From positions 134 to 64,133 of the forward strand of contig JBNMKZ010000006.1 in NCBI GenBank assembly GCA_050874585.1: DNA of 64,000 bases. The letters run 5' to 3'. Under the pieces are notes generated by a model, which saw nothing but the letters and a program-made list of their open reading frames with translations, was not told the DNA's origin and did no database searches. The DNA is from Verrucomicrobiota bacterium. Its GTDB lineage: Bacteria > Verrucomicrobiota > Kiritimatiellia > RFP12 > UBA1067. Positions 17,718-25,683 of the stretch are shown in pieces (the first letter of the stretch is position 1; each line of letters begins with the position of its first letter). A program made the translations under genes and the position numbers.

Positions 17718-18629
17718 ATGATTACAGTAACAAAGACGGTCAAGTTCGATGCGGCACACATTCTGACCAATCATTGCGGATTGTGCAAGAACCTGCATGG
17801 GCACACCTATCGGGTGGACATTTCCGTCACCCAGTCCGAGGGACGCCCGGGTGACATGGTGATTGATTTCAAGGATTTGAAGAACATTGCGGAAGAGGTC
17901 ATCTGCGCCTCCTTCGACCATGCCTTCATCTACAATACGACATCGGCGGGTGAGTGCGAAATTGCCGCCGTCGTGCAGAAGCACGGCATGCGGACGGTGG
18001 CTCTGCCGTTCCGATCGACGGCCGAGAACCTTGCGAAGTACTTCCACGACGAACTGCGTCGGCGGATTCCCGAGGTGTCGTCCGTCAAGGTCTGGGAGAC
18101 GGAGGCGAGTTGTGCGGAATACCATGAGCCGCCGCGCATTCTGCCGTCCTTTCCCTTCCTGAAGGGGCGCATTGACGATTCGGTGCTCCAGGAGGGATTG
18201 CATCCGCGCTTTGCGAAAGCCTTTGCGTTCTTGCGGCGACCGGATCTTGCGGACTTGCCCATTGGGCGGCATGAGATTGACGGTGATGACTGCTGGGCCA
18301 TTGTGAGCGAAGTTGACCTCAAGCCTTTCGGCGACAGCCAGCGCGCCGAGGTTCACAGGACCTTCATCGACATTCAGGCTCCGATAGACGGACCTGAAAC
18401 ATACGGACTCCTCGATCTCGCCGGACGCAACCTCGGTCCGTTTGATGAGGAAAAGGACATCGCCTTTGGACAGGAGAAGATGGTTCCCCTGACGCTTGTT
18501 CCGGGCGAGTATGCGATTTTCATGCCGGTGAACGGTGCCCATGCGCCTTGCCTGACGCTGGGCGGTCCGACGCGGCGGAAGAAACTAATCGTCAAAGTTC
18601 GGGCTTCGGTAGACGGAGCGCGGAATTGA
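17718..18629 (+). CDS. fusion protein: QueD-like 6-carboxytetrahydropterin synthase + YhcH/YjgK/YiaL (DUF386) domain
   Basis: N-terminal half has VKFDAAHILTNHCGLCKNLHGHTYRV (PTPS/QueD His/Cys motif). C-terminal half has GRHEIDGDDCWAIVSE ... HRTFIDIQAPIDGPE ... FMPVNGAHAP ... KKLIVKV (YhcH family pattern). Confidence 0.8.
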   Translation: MITVTKTVKFDAAHILTNHCGLCKNLHGHTYRVDISVTQSEGRPGDMVIDFKDLKNIAEEVICASFDHAFIYNTTSAGECEIAAVVQKHGMRTVALPFRSTAENLAKYFHDELRRRIPEVSSVKVWETEASCAEYHEPPRILPSFPFLKGRIDDSVLQEGLHPRFAKAFAFLRRPDLADLPIGRHEIDGDDCWAIVSEVDLKPFGDSQRAEVHRTFIDIQAPIDGPETYGLLDLAGRNLGPFDEEKDIAFGQEKMVPLTLVPGEYAIFMPVNGAHAPCLTLGGPTRRKKLIVKVRASVDGARN

Positions 18630-19405
18630 AGATTATCTCCCTTGCGAGCGGATCGAAGGGCAACGCCTACTGCGTCTGTAGCGAAAGTTCGGTTCTCCTC
18701 GTCGACTGCGGGCTGTGCCTGAGGAGCCTTCGCCAGCGACTTGCCGAGGCGGGGCTTTCACCCGACCGCATCTGCGCCGTCGTCATTACCCACAGCCACG
18801 ACGACCATGTGAAGGGGTTGCCGCTCTTCCACAAGAACTATCCGTCGATTCCGCTCTTCGCCAATCTCATGACGGCGGAAACCATCGCCTGGAAGTACAA
18901 GATGGATGAGTTCGCCTTTACGCCCTTTGAGGATGGGCAGCCTTTTGGCATCGGCCCATTTGAGATTGAGCCGTTCTCAATTCCGCACGACACGTCCGAC
19001 CCCGTCGGTTATCTCGTCCGGGCGGATGGGAAGACCTATTTCCACGGGACGGACATCGGAACGCCGCTGGATTCGATTGGGCGGCACCTCGCGGAGGCGG
19101 ATGTCGCGACGCTGGAATCGAACCACGATGCTGTCATGTTGCGTGCGAGTTCGCGTCCCGAAGAATTGAAGCAGCGCATTTGGGGTCCGCGTGGGCATCT
19201 CTCGAACGACCAGGCGTGTGAGCTTGTCCGCAAGTTCGCCTCCCCGCGCCTCAAGAAGCTGAGCCTTGCGCATCTTTCGGAAGAGTGCAATGTGCCGCAT
19301 CTTGCGGAGTGCGCCATGCGGGAGACGCTTGTCGCCCTGCATCGGCAGGATATCGAACTTGAGATTCTTGCACAAAATGCCATTGGTTGTCCGTGGGAAT
19401 GCTGA
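18626..19405 (+). CDS. MBL-fold metallo-hydrolase
   Basis: Contains THSHDDH (HxHxDH) and the N-terminus ASGSKGNAY...LVDCG. TTG 18626 overlaps the upstream TGA (TTGA). Confidence 0.8.
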   Translation: MKIISLASGSKGNAYCVCSESSVLLVDCGLCLRSLRQRLAEAGLSPDRICAVVITHSHDDHVKGLPLFHKNYPSIPLFANLMTAETIAWKYKMDEFAFTPFEDGQPFGIGPFEIEPFSIPHDTSDPVGYLVRADGKTYFHGTDIGTPLDSIGRHLAEADVATLESNHDAVMLRASSRPEELKQRIWGPRGHLSNDQACELVRKFASPRLKKLSLAHLSEECNVPHLAECAMRETLVALHRQDIELEILAQNAIGCPWEC

Positions 19406-19421
19406 AAGGCGCGGCAGATTT

Positions 19422-19430
19422 TGGTATAAT
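19422..19430 (+). promoter_or_regulatory. extended -10 promoter TGGTATAAT
   Basis: Sequence ATTTTGGTATAAT, with TATAAT at 19425-19430, 55 nt before GTG 19486. Confidence 0.6.
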
Positions 19431-19485
19431 GCCAGCCGTCATCCCGCAGGAGTTGGATGGCGGATGTAAGAAGGAGAAAAAAAGC

Positions 19486-21237
19486 GTGAAATCGAAGGTA
19501 GTCTCAATGTGTCTGGGGTTGGCGGCATCGCTGGTGGCCTCAGCGGCGGAAGTCCGTTCGCTCGACGGTCTCTGGGAGTTCGCATTTGACAAGGGGGGGC
19601 GGTTGGAGGCGGCGAATCCGACTTTCGCGGCGACGGACAAGATGTCCGTTCCGGGTTGCTTTGACATGACGCCGCGTTACTACAACCGCCGCGGACTCGC
19701 CCACTACCGTCGGGCGGTGACGCTTGACCGAGCGGTGGCGAATGCACGCATTCGCGTGAAGGGGATGGGGCTTGCCATGCGGCTTTTCGTGGACGGACGA
19801 GCCGTCGGTGAATCGCACCTGCCGTGGAGCACGGTCGAGTTCGCGGTCGGTCCGCTGTCCGCCGGACGGCACGAAATCGTTGCTGCGCTCGACAATCGCC
19901 TGACGGGCGAACCGGGCGAACTCTTCCAGCCGTTCTACGACTTCTATGCTTCGGGTGGCTTCTACCATGGCGTTGACCTGGTCCTTCAGGAGCGCGAAAC
20001 CGAGATTGACCGTGTCCTCGTCAGGACGCAGGACTATCGTACGGGAAAGGTTGAACTGGAACTCGTCTTCTCCGGATCGGCAGAACCGACCGAGAAAGAG
20101 TTCGCGGCAACGGTGTCCTTCGACGGTGGAGCGCCCGCGCGCGTCCTCTTCACGGGCGGACGCGCAACGCTGACCGTGCCGAACTTTCGCCTGTGGAGTC
20201 CCGAGTCGCCGGCCTTGCACCGCGTCACCGTCGCGGCGGATGGATATGGCGCGAAGACCGAGCGATTCGGTATCCGCGAGATCAAGGCCGAGAAGAAGCG
20301 CATCCTTCTGAACGGCCGCGAGATTTACCTGACGGGTGTTAATCGCCACGAGGCGCATCCCGAGTTCGGCTATGCGACGTCGTTGCCTCTGATGATGGAG
20401 GATGTCCAGCTGATGAAGGACCTCGGGTGCAACTACGTGCGCGGGGCGCACTATCCGCAGACGGAGGAATTTCTGAGCCTTTGCGATGAGGTGGGCCTGA
20501 TGGTCTGGGAGGAGTCGCTCGGGTGGGGCAATGGACCGGCCAACCTGACGAACGAGGTCTTCATTGCGCGGCAGATTGAGCAGACGCGGCTGATGGTTCG
20601 CAACTCCTTCAATCATCCGAGCATCATCATCTACGGCTTTATGAACGAGATGGCGAGCGATGTGCCCGTTGGACGAGACCTGATTAAGCGGCTCACCGGT
20701 GTCGTCCGCCACGAGAACTCCGGGCGGCTGGTGACCTGGGCCTGCAACCGTCCGATGGGCGACTTGGGCAATGAGTTTACCGACATCATCGCCTACAATA
20801 CCTATCCCGGCTGGTGCTGGGGTGATGATGGTGCGATTGACGAAGAGACGCTGCAGAAGACGATGCGTGACGAGACGACGTATGTCGTGAACGCCCTGAG
20901 AAAGAAGTTCGGCGAGGAGAAGCCGATCATCGTCTCGGAGATGGGTACGTGCGCCGTTTACGGCCAGCGCGATCGGGATGGTGCCCAGTGGACGGAGGAG
21001 TTCGAGTCGCAGTATGTCGGCGCGGCGATTCGTGCCGTCTTTGAGAATCCGGAAGTCAGGGGCTTCACGGTCTGGCAGTTCGCCGATTCGCGCAGCTACT
21101 TCCGGGGCGGTGCCAGCATCCGTTCCAAGCCCTTTGCGATGAACTTGGCCGGGCTTTTCGACGGCTATCGGCGTGAGAAGTTGGCCGCCCAGACGGTGCG
21201 GAAACTCTTCCAGTCGAAGATTGGGCAGGAGAAGTGA
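19486..21237 (+). CDS. glycoside hydrolase family 2 (beta-glucuronidase/beta-galactosidase-like), secreted
   Basis: Contains NRHEAHPEFG, NYVRGAHYPQ, NHPSIIIYGFMNE and IIVSEMG. Signal peptide MCLGLAASLVASAAE. GTG 19486 lies 9 nt after AAGGAG (19471-19476). Confidence 0.85.
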   Translation: MKSKVVSMCLGLAASLVASAAEVRSLDGLWEFAFDKGGRLEAANPTFAATDKMSVPGCFDMTPRYYNRRGLAHYRRAVTLDRAVANARIRVKGMGLAMRLFVDGRAVGESHLPWSTVEFAVGPLSAGRHEIVAALDNRLTGEPGELFQPFYDFYASGGFYHGVDLVLQERETEIDRVLVRTQDYRTGKVELELVFSGSAEPTEKEFAATVSFDGGAPARVLFTGGRATLTVPNFRLWSPESPALHRVTVAADGYGAKTERFGIREIKAEKKRILLNGREIYLTGVNRHEAHPEFGYATSLPLMMEDVQLMKDLGCNYVRGAHYPQTEEFLSLCDEVGLMVWEESLGWGNGPANLTNEVFIARQIEQTRLMVRNSFNHPSIIIYGFMNEMASDVPVGRDLIKRLTGVVRHENSGRLVTWACNRPMGDLGNEFTDIIAYNTYPGWCWGDDGAIDEETLQKTMRDETTYVVNALRKKFGEEKPIIVSEMGTCAVYGQRDRDGAQWTEEFESQYVGAAIRAVFENPEVRGFTVWQFADSRSYFRGGASIRSKPFAMNLAGLFDGYRREKLAAQTVRKLFQSKIGQEK

Positions 21238-21239
21238 GC

Positions 21240-22352
21240 ATGGACGGCGAGAAGGCGAGTCATTTCATTCGGTCAACCCCGGCGTTGCAGGCCGCGTGTG
21301 AGAAGGCCCGATTGGAGGGTGTCCTCGCGCTTGATACGGAATTCGTCTGGCGTTCGACCTACCGTCCGCAACTGGGCATCGTGCAGTTGGGGTGCGCGGC
21401 AGATTGCTGGGCGCTCGACTGCCAGACGGGGGTTCATGTGGAGGCCCTTCGGGAGTTGGTCGAAAGCGCGGCGGTTACGAAGATTCTGCACGATGCACGG
21501 CAGGACCTCCTGCACCTGCACCACTACACGGGGGCTTGGCCGGTGAACGTGTTCGACACGCAACTGGCCGCCGCCTTCGCTGGTTTTCGGGCGGGCATCG
21601 GCCTCCAGCAACTGCTCTTCGATGCGATTAACGTTGGCTTGCCGAAGACCGAGACGCTGACGGACTGGATGCATCGTCCCCTGACGGCGGCTCAAATCGA
21701 CTATGCGCTGGATGACGTGCGCTACCTGCCCGAATTGCGCTCGGCCCTCCTGACGCGAATGGACGAGTTCGGGACGCGGGCGTGGTTTGAGGAGGATAGC
21801 CTCAAATACGGTGACGAGGCTTTTTATGAGGAGGGCCGTCCCGAGCGGGCCTGGCTACGGATGAAGATTCACCGCGTTCGGCTTGACGGACGCGGCCGTG
21901 CCATCTTGCGGGCCCTTGCCGCCCGCCGGGAGGAACTGGCCCAGGAGTGGAATCTGCCGCGTTCGTGGCTTGGCGATGACGATTCCCTGGCGCAAATTGC
22001 CGCGCAGGGAGAAGTGGGGCGGCTTCGGCACCGCGTCACCGAGGGTCGCGGCGAAGTTCTCCGCGCCCAGTACGCCCAGGTTCTTCGCGAGGCAGCCGAA
22101 ACGCCGCCCGAGGACTGGCCCGACGATCCGCATCGCCACTACATTCAGGAGGTGTGCGAATCGGCCAGTCGAGCGGTCGAATGGCTGGCCGAGCGGGCCA
22201 AGGACCTTCATGTGGACGTTTCGCTCATCGCCAACCGGGCGACGGTCACGGCGTATGTTGACGATGTCATGGACGAGACGAATCCGCTTGCGCACGGCTG
22301 GCGCTACGAGGTCGTCGGACGCGAGATGGCCGAACGCTTCGGCGTGGACTGA
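21240..22352 (+). CDS. rnd: ribonuclease D
   Basis: DEDD exonuclease motifs LALDTEF, ILHDARQDL and YALDDV, plus an HRDC-like C-terminus. Start is either ATG 21240 or GTG 21234 (which overlaps the GH2 stop). Confidence 0.85.
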   Translation: MDGEKASHFIRSTPALQAACEKARLEGVLALDTEFVWRSTYRPQLGIVQLGCAADCWALDCQTGVHVEALRELVESAAVTKILHDARQDLLHLHHYTGAWPVNVFDTQLAAAFAGFRAGIGLQQLLFDAINVGLPKTETLTDWMHRPLTAAQIDYALDDVRYLPELRSALLTRMDEFGTRAWFEEDSLKYGDEAFYEEGRPERAWLRMKIHRVRLDGRGRAILRALAARREELAQEWNLPRSWLGDDDSLAQIAAQGEVGRLRHRVTEGRGEVLRAQYAQVLREAAETPPEDWPDDPHRHYIQEVCESASRAVEWLAERAKDLHVDVSLIANRATVTAYVDDVMDETNPLAHGWRYEVVGREMAERFGVD

Positions 22353-22390
22353 GCGCGGCAGTTTTTGCGGGGATGACTTGTACTTGTAAG

Positions 22391-22426
22391 GGAATGTGGC
22401 GGTGAATGCCCCACATTCCTTTTGGT
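22391..22426 (+). terminator. rho-independent terminator after rnd
   Basis: Stem GGAATGTGG (22391-22399) pairs with CCACATTCC (22411-22419). The 11-nt loop is followed by TTTTGG. Confidence 0.7.
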
Positions 22427-22448
22427 ATTGTACGTTTCATCGCGAGCG

Positions 22449-22624
22449 CGGCAAGACGCAGGAGCGCGGCGAAATGTCCGCAGGACCTGACGCGTTCCTG
22501 CGCATCAACGCGGGCATTCCTCCGCATCAACGAGCGTAATCCTCCGCATCAACGAGTCCAAATCATCCCTTGAAAAAGGGTCAATCAAGGCGTCAACAAG
22601 GCTCAACTAAGGCTAAGTAAACCT
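22449..22624. repeat. 22-bp phased repeat array followed by 11-bp sub-repeats
   Basis: Cores GACGCA 22455, TCCGCA 22477, TGCGCA 22499, TCCGCA 22521 and TCCGCA 22543. The last three units are near-identical (TTCCTSCGCATCAACGMG). They are followed by TCAATCAAGGC / GTCAACAAGGC / TCAACTAAGGC at an 11-bp period (22581-22613). Confidence 0.8.
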
Positions 22625-22683
22625 TTGTTGTCGAGGCGCGAGAGGTGAGCGCAACCGTGGAAGCCGAGACCGAGCGACAGCTT

Positions 22684-22719
22684 CGCGCAAGCCCCCGAGC
22701 AAGCGGTTTTTGGTATAAT
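22684..22719 (+). promoter_or_regulatory. conserved promoter cassette ending in TGGTATAAT (leaderless configuration)
   Basis: Sequence CGCGCAAGCCCCCGAGCAAGCGGTTTTTGGTATAAT, with TATAAT at 22714-22719. There are 8 nt between the box and the trmB ATG 22728. Confidence 0.6.
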
Positions 22720-22727
22720 ATGCGCAC

Positions 22728-23441
22728 ATGAGGATCACATCGACAACTGAGTGCGTCATTCGCGTGACGGATCCCTGCAAACCGCTGGAATTTGACCTTT
22801 CGCGTCCCCTCGAAATCGAGGTCGGGTGCGGGAAGGGCCGTTTCCTGACGGCACGGGCCGCCGCGCACCCGGAATGCGACTTCCTGGGCATCGAGCGGAT
22901 GCTTGGCCGCGTACAGAGCTTTGAGGGGAAGTGTGCGCGGAAGGGGCTGTGCAATGCGCACGTTTTGCGCCTTGAGGCGCTCTATACATTCCATTATCTC
23001 CTACCAGCGCACCATGCCCGGACGGTCTACGTGTTCTTTCCCGATCCGTGGCCGAAGAAACGCCACCACTCGCACCGGCTGTTCGGTCCGCTCTTCCTGA
23101 ATGCGCTCTGGAAGCGCCTTGAGGTGGGCGGTCGGCTGGAGTTCGCGACGGACCATGCGGAATACTTCGGGGTCGTCTGCGAATGCTTTGCGGCGGATTC
23201 GCGCTTTCGCCGCGTTGAGCCGATGCCGCGTCCGAAGGAGGTCTGGACGGAGTTCGAGACATCCTTCCGCGAGAAGGGTCTCCCCATTTACAGTGCGGCG
23301 TGGCAATCGCTCCCGGCGGACGATGCCCCGCTTGAACCGCTGACCATTCCGCCGGAGGCCGAGCCTCGTGAAGGGGTCGTCAGAAGATACGAAACAGCAG
23401 AAGCCGCAGGTGCAGAAGCAGAAGAATCAGAGGAAGAATGA
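22728..23441 (+). CDS. trmB: tRNA (guanine-N7)-methyltransferase
   Basis: Contains EVGCGKGRF (SAM motif) and the FFPDPWPKKRHHSHRL signature. The C-terminus carries an acidic tail. Confidence 0.9.
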   Translation: MRITSTTECVIRVTDPCKPLEFDLSRPLEIEVGCGKGRFLTARAAAHPECDFLGIERMLGRVQSFEGKCARKGLCNAHVLRLEALYTFHYLLPAHHARTVYVFFPDPWPKKRHHSHRLFGPLFLNALWKRLEVGGRLEFATDHAEYFGVVCECFAADSRFRRVEPMPRPKEVWTEFETSFREKGLPIYSAAWQSLPADDAPLEPLTIPPEAEPREGVVRRYETAEAAGAEAEESEEE

Positions 23442-25669
23442 ATCAGGAAATTACCGCCCGCATGGTTGCCGAAGTCGGCGCCAGCGCCCGTCAGATCGCC
23501 GCCGTTGAGAAACTCCTTTCGGAGGGCTGTACCGTGCCCTTCATCGCCCGCTACCGCAAGGAGGCTCACGGCAACCTCGACGAAGTCGCCATTGGAAAGA
23601 TTCAGGATCGGCTCGCCTACTACGGTGAGCTTGAGTCGCGCAAGGAGACGATTCTCAAGTCAATCGACGAGCAGGGCAAGCTGACGGACGAGTTGCGCGA
23701 CAAGATTGCCGCGTGCTGGCAGAAGAGTGCGCTTGAGGACCTCTACCAGCCCTACAAGCCGAAGCGCCGCACGCGGGCGCAGATTGCGAAGGAGAAGGGC
23801 TTTGAGCCGCTGGCGGAGTCCATCTGGGCGGGTGCGGCGTTTGAGGCGAGCGACGAGGACCTGCAGTTCGCCCGCGACATCCTGGCAGAGCGCATTGCGG
23901 ACATGGCCGAGGTGCGCGGTTTGGTGCGCCAGGCCTTCGCCACGAAGTCCGTCGTCAAGAGCGAGGTCGCGAGTCCGAAGCCGACCGAGCCGACGAAGTT
24001 CGAGCAGTACTACGAGTTTGAGGAGCCGATTACCACGATTCCATCCCACCGCTACCTGGCGATTCGCCGCGGGCAGAAGGAGGGCGTCTTGTGGGTGAAG
24101 CTCGTACTGGATGCCGCGCCGGTGATTGAGCGGATGATGGAGCTTGTCGAGAAGGCCGAGGGAGCCGGGTTTGACGCGGACGAGTGTTGCCGCGAGCAGG
24201 TGCAGATGGCGGCGGAGGACGCGTACAAGCGCCTGCTGGCGCCGAGCTGTGAGATTGACGTGACGGTCGAGAAGAAGATGGAGGCGGATCGTGCGGCGGT
24301 CGAGGTCTTCGCGGAGAACCTGCGCCACCTCCTGCTGGCTCCGCCGTTAGGCGAGAAGGCCGTGCTGGCCATCGATCCCGGCATTCGCACGGGGTGCAAG
24401 GTCGCCATGCTGGACGCGACGGGCAAGTACCTCGGCAAGACGGTGCTCTTTCCGATGCAGAAGCCGGCGGAGGCCGCGGCGGCAATCAAGCTGATTGCCG
24501 CGAAGTTCCATCCGCAGGCCATCGCCGTCGGCAATGGCACGGCCGGGCGCGAGACGGAGGCCTTCGTGCGAAAGACACTGAAGGACATCGGGCGCACGGA
24601 CATCCTCGTCATCAGCGTGAGCGAGGCGGGAGCCTCGGTCTATTCCGCGTCGGAAATCGCACGCAAGGAGTTCCCCGACCTCGACCTGACGGTGCGCGGC
24701 GCAATCTCAATCGGCCGACGCCTGCAGGATCCGCTCGCGGAGCTCGTGAAGGTCGACCCGAAGGCCATCGGCGTAGGACAGTACCAGCACGACGTGCACC
24801 AGCCGCTTCTCGGGGCCAAGCTCGACGAGGTCGTCGTGAGTTGCGTGAACGGCGTGGGCGTTGAGCTGAACACGGCCTCGGCCCCGCTCCTGGAGCGCGT
24901 GTCGGGCGTGAGCGCGTCGCTGGCGAAGTCCATCGTCGAGTGGCGCAATGAGAACGGAACCTTCAAGTCCCGCGAAGACCTGCACAAGGTGAAGGGACTT
25001 GGGGCGAAGGCGTTTGAGCAGTGCGCGGGCTTCTTGCGCATTCGCGGCGCGGAGAATCCGCTGGACTCGTCCGCCGTGCATCCCGAGCGCTACCAGCTGG
25101 TCGGGCGCATGGCCGCCGATGCGGGCCTTTCGGTCCGTGACCTCGTGGGGAACTCGCTCGCGGCAAAGAAGATTGACATCCGCCGCTATGTGACGGACGA
25201 CGTGGGCGAGCCGACGCTGAAGGACATCCTGGCCGAGCTGATTCGCCCGGGACGCGATCCGCGCGCCGTCTTCGAGCCGCCGAAGTTCCGCGACGACGTG
25301 ACGAAGATTGAGGACGTGCAGGAGGGCATGAAGCTGGAGGGCATCGTGACGAACGTGACGGCGTTTGGCGCGTTCGTCGACATTGGCGTTCATCAGGACG
25401 GGCTGGTGCATGTCTCGGAACTGAGCGACAATTTCGTGACGGACCCGGCCTCGGTCGTCAAGGCGGGCGACCGGCTGACGGTGACGGTCATCGGCGTTGA
25501 CCGGGTGCGTGGGCGCATCTCGCTCTCGGCGAAGTCGAAGCCGGGACTTGGCGCGACGGCCTCGGGCCGAGGTGCGGGGGGCGGTGGCGCTCGCCGCGAT
25601 TCGCGGCGCACGACGTTCGCGCCGTCGTCTGGGAGCGGTTTCTCCTGCAATCCGTTCGCCAATCTGTAG
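23438..25669 (+). CDS. tex: Tex-like transcription accessory protein (S1 RNA-binding domain)
   Basis: N-terminal VPFIARYRKE, C-terminal S1 domain GIVTNVTAFGAFVDIGVHQDGLVHVSEL. ATGA overlap with trmB. Confidence 0.9.
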   Translation: MNQEITARMVAEVGASARQIAAVEKLLSEGCTVPFIARYRKEAHGNLDEVAIGKIQDRLAYYGELESRKETILKSIDEQGKLTDELRDKIAACWQKSALEDLYQPYKPKRRTRAQIAKEKGFEPLAESIWAGAAFEASDEDLQFARDILAERIADMAEVRGLVRQAFATKSVVKSEVASPKPTEPTKFEQYYEFEEPITTIPSHRYLAIRRGQKEGVLWVKLVLDAAPVIERMMELVEKAEGAGFDADECCREQVQMAAEDAYKRLLAPSCEIDVTVEKKMEADRAAVEVFAENLRHLLLAPPLGEKAVLAIDPGIRTGCKVAMLDATGKYLGKTVLFPMQKPAEAAAAIKLIAAKFHPQAIAVGNGTAGRETEAFVRKTLKDIGRTDILVISVSEAGASVYSASEIARKEFPDLDLTVRGAISIGRRLQDPLAELVKVDPKAIGVGQYQHDVHQPLLGAKLDEVVVSCVNGVGVELNTASAPLLERVSGVSASLAKSIVEWRNENGTFKSREDLHKVKGLGAKAFEQCAGFLRIRGAENPLDSSAVHPERYQLVGRMAADAGLSVRDLVGNSLAAKKIDIRRYVTDDVGEPTLKDILAELIRPGRDPRAVFEPPKFRDDVTKIEDVQEGMKLEGIVTNVTAFGAFVDIGVHQDGLVHVSELSDNFVTDPASVVKAGDRLTVTVIGVDRVRGRISLSAKSKPGLGATASGRGAGGGGARRDSRRTTFAPSSGSGFSCNPFANL

Positions 25670-25683
25670 GAAGGCCCGCTGCG

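Noticed and set aside
22593-22994. 133-aa minus-strand ORF across the trmB promoter
   Set aside because: It overlaps the trmB 5-prime end antisense and runs through the promoter and the 11-bp repeats. No motif or start context is present.
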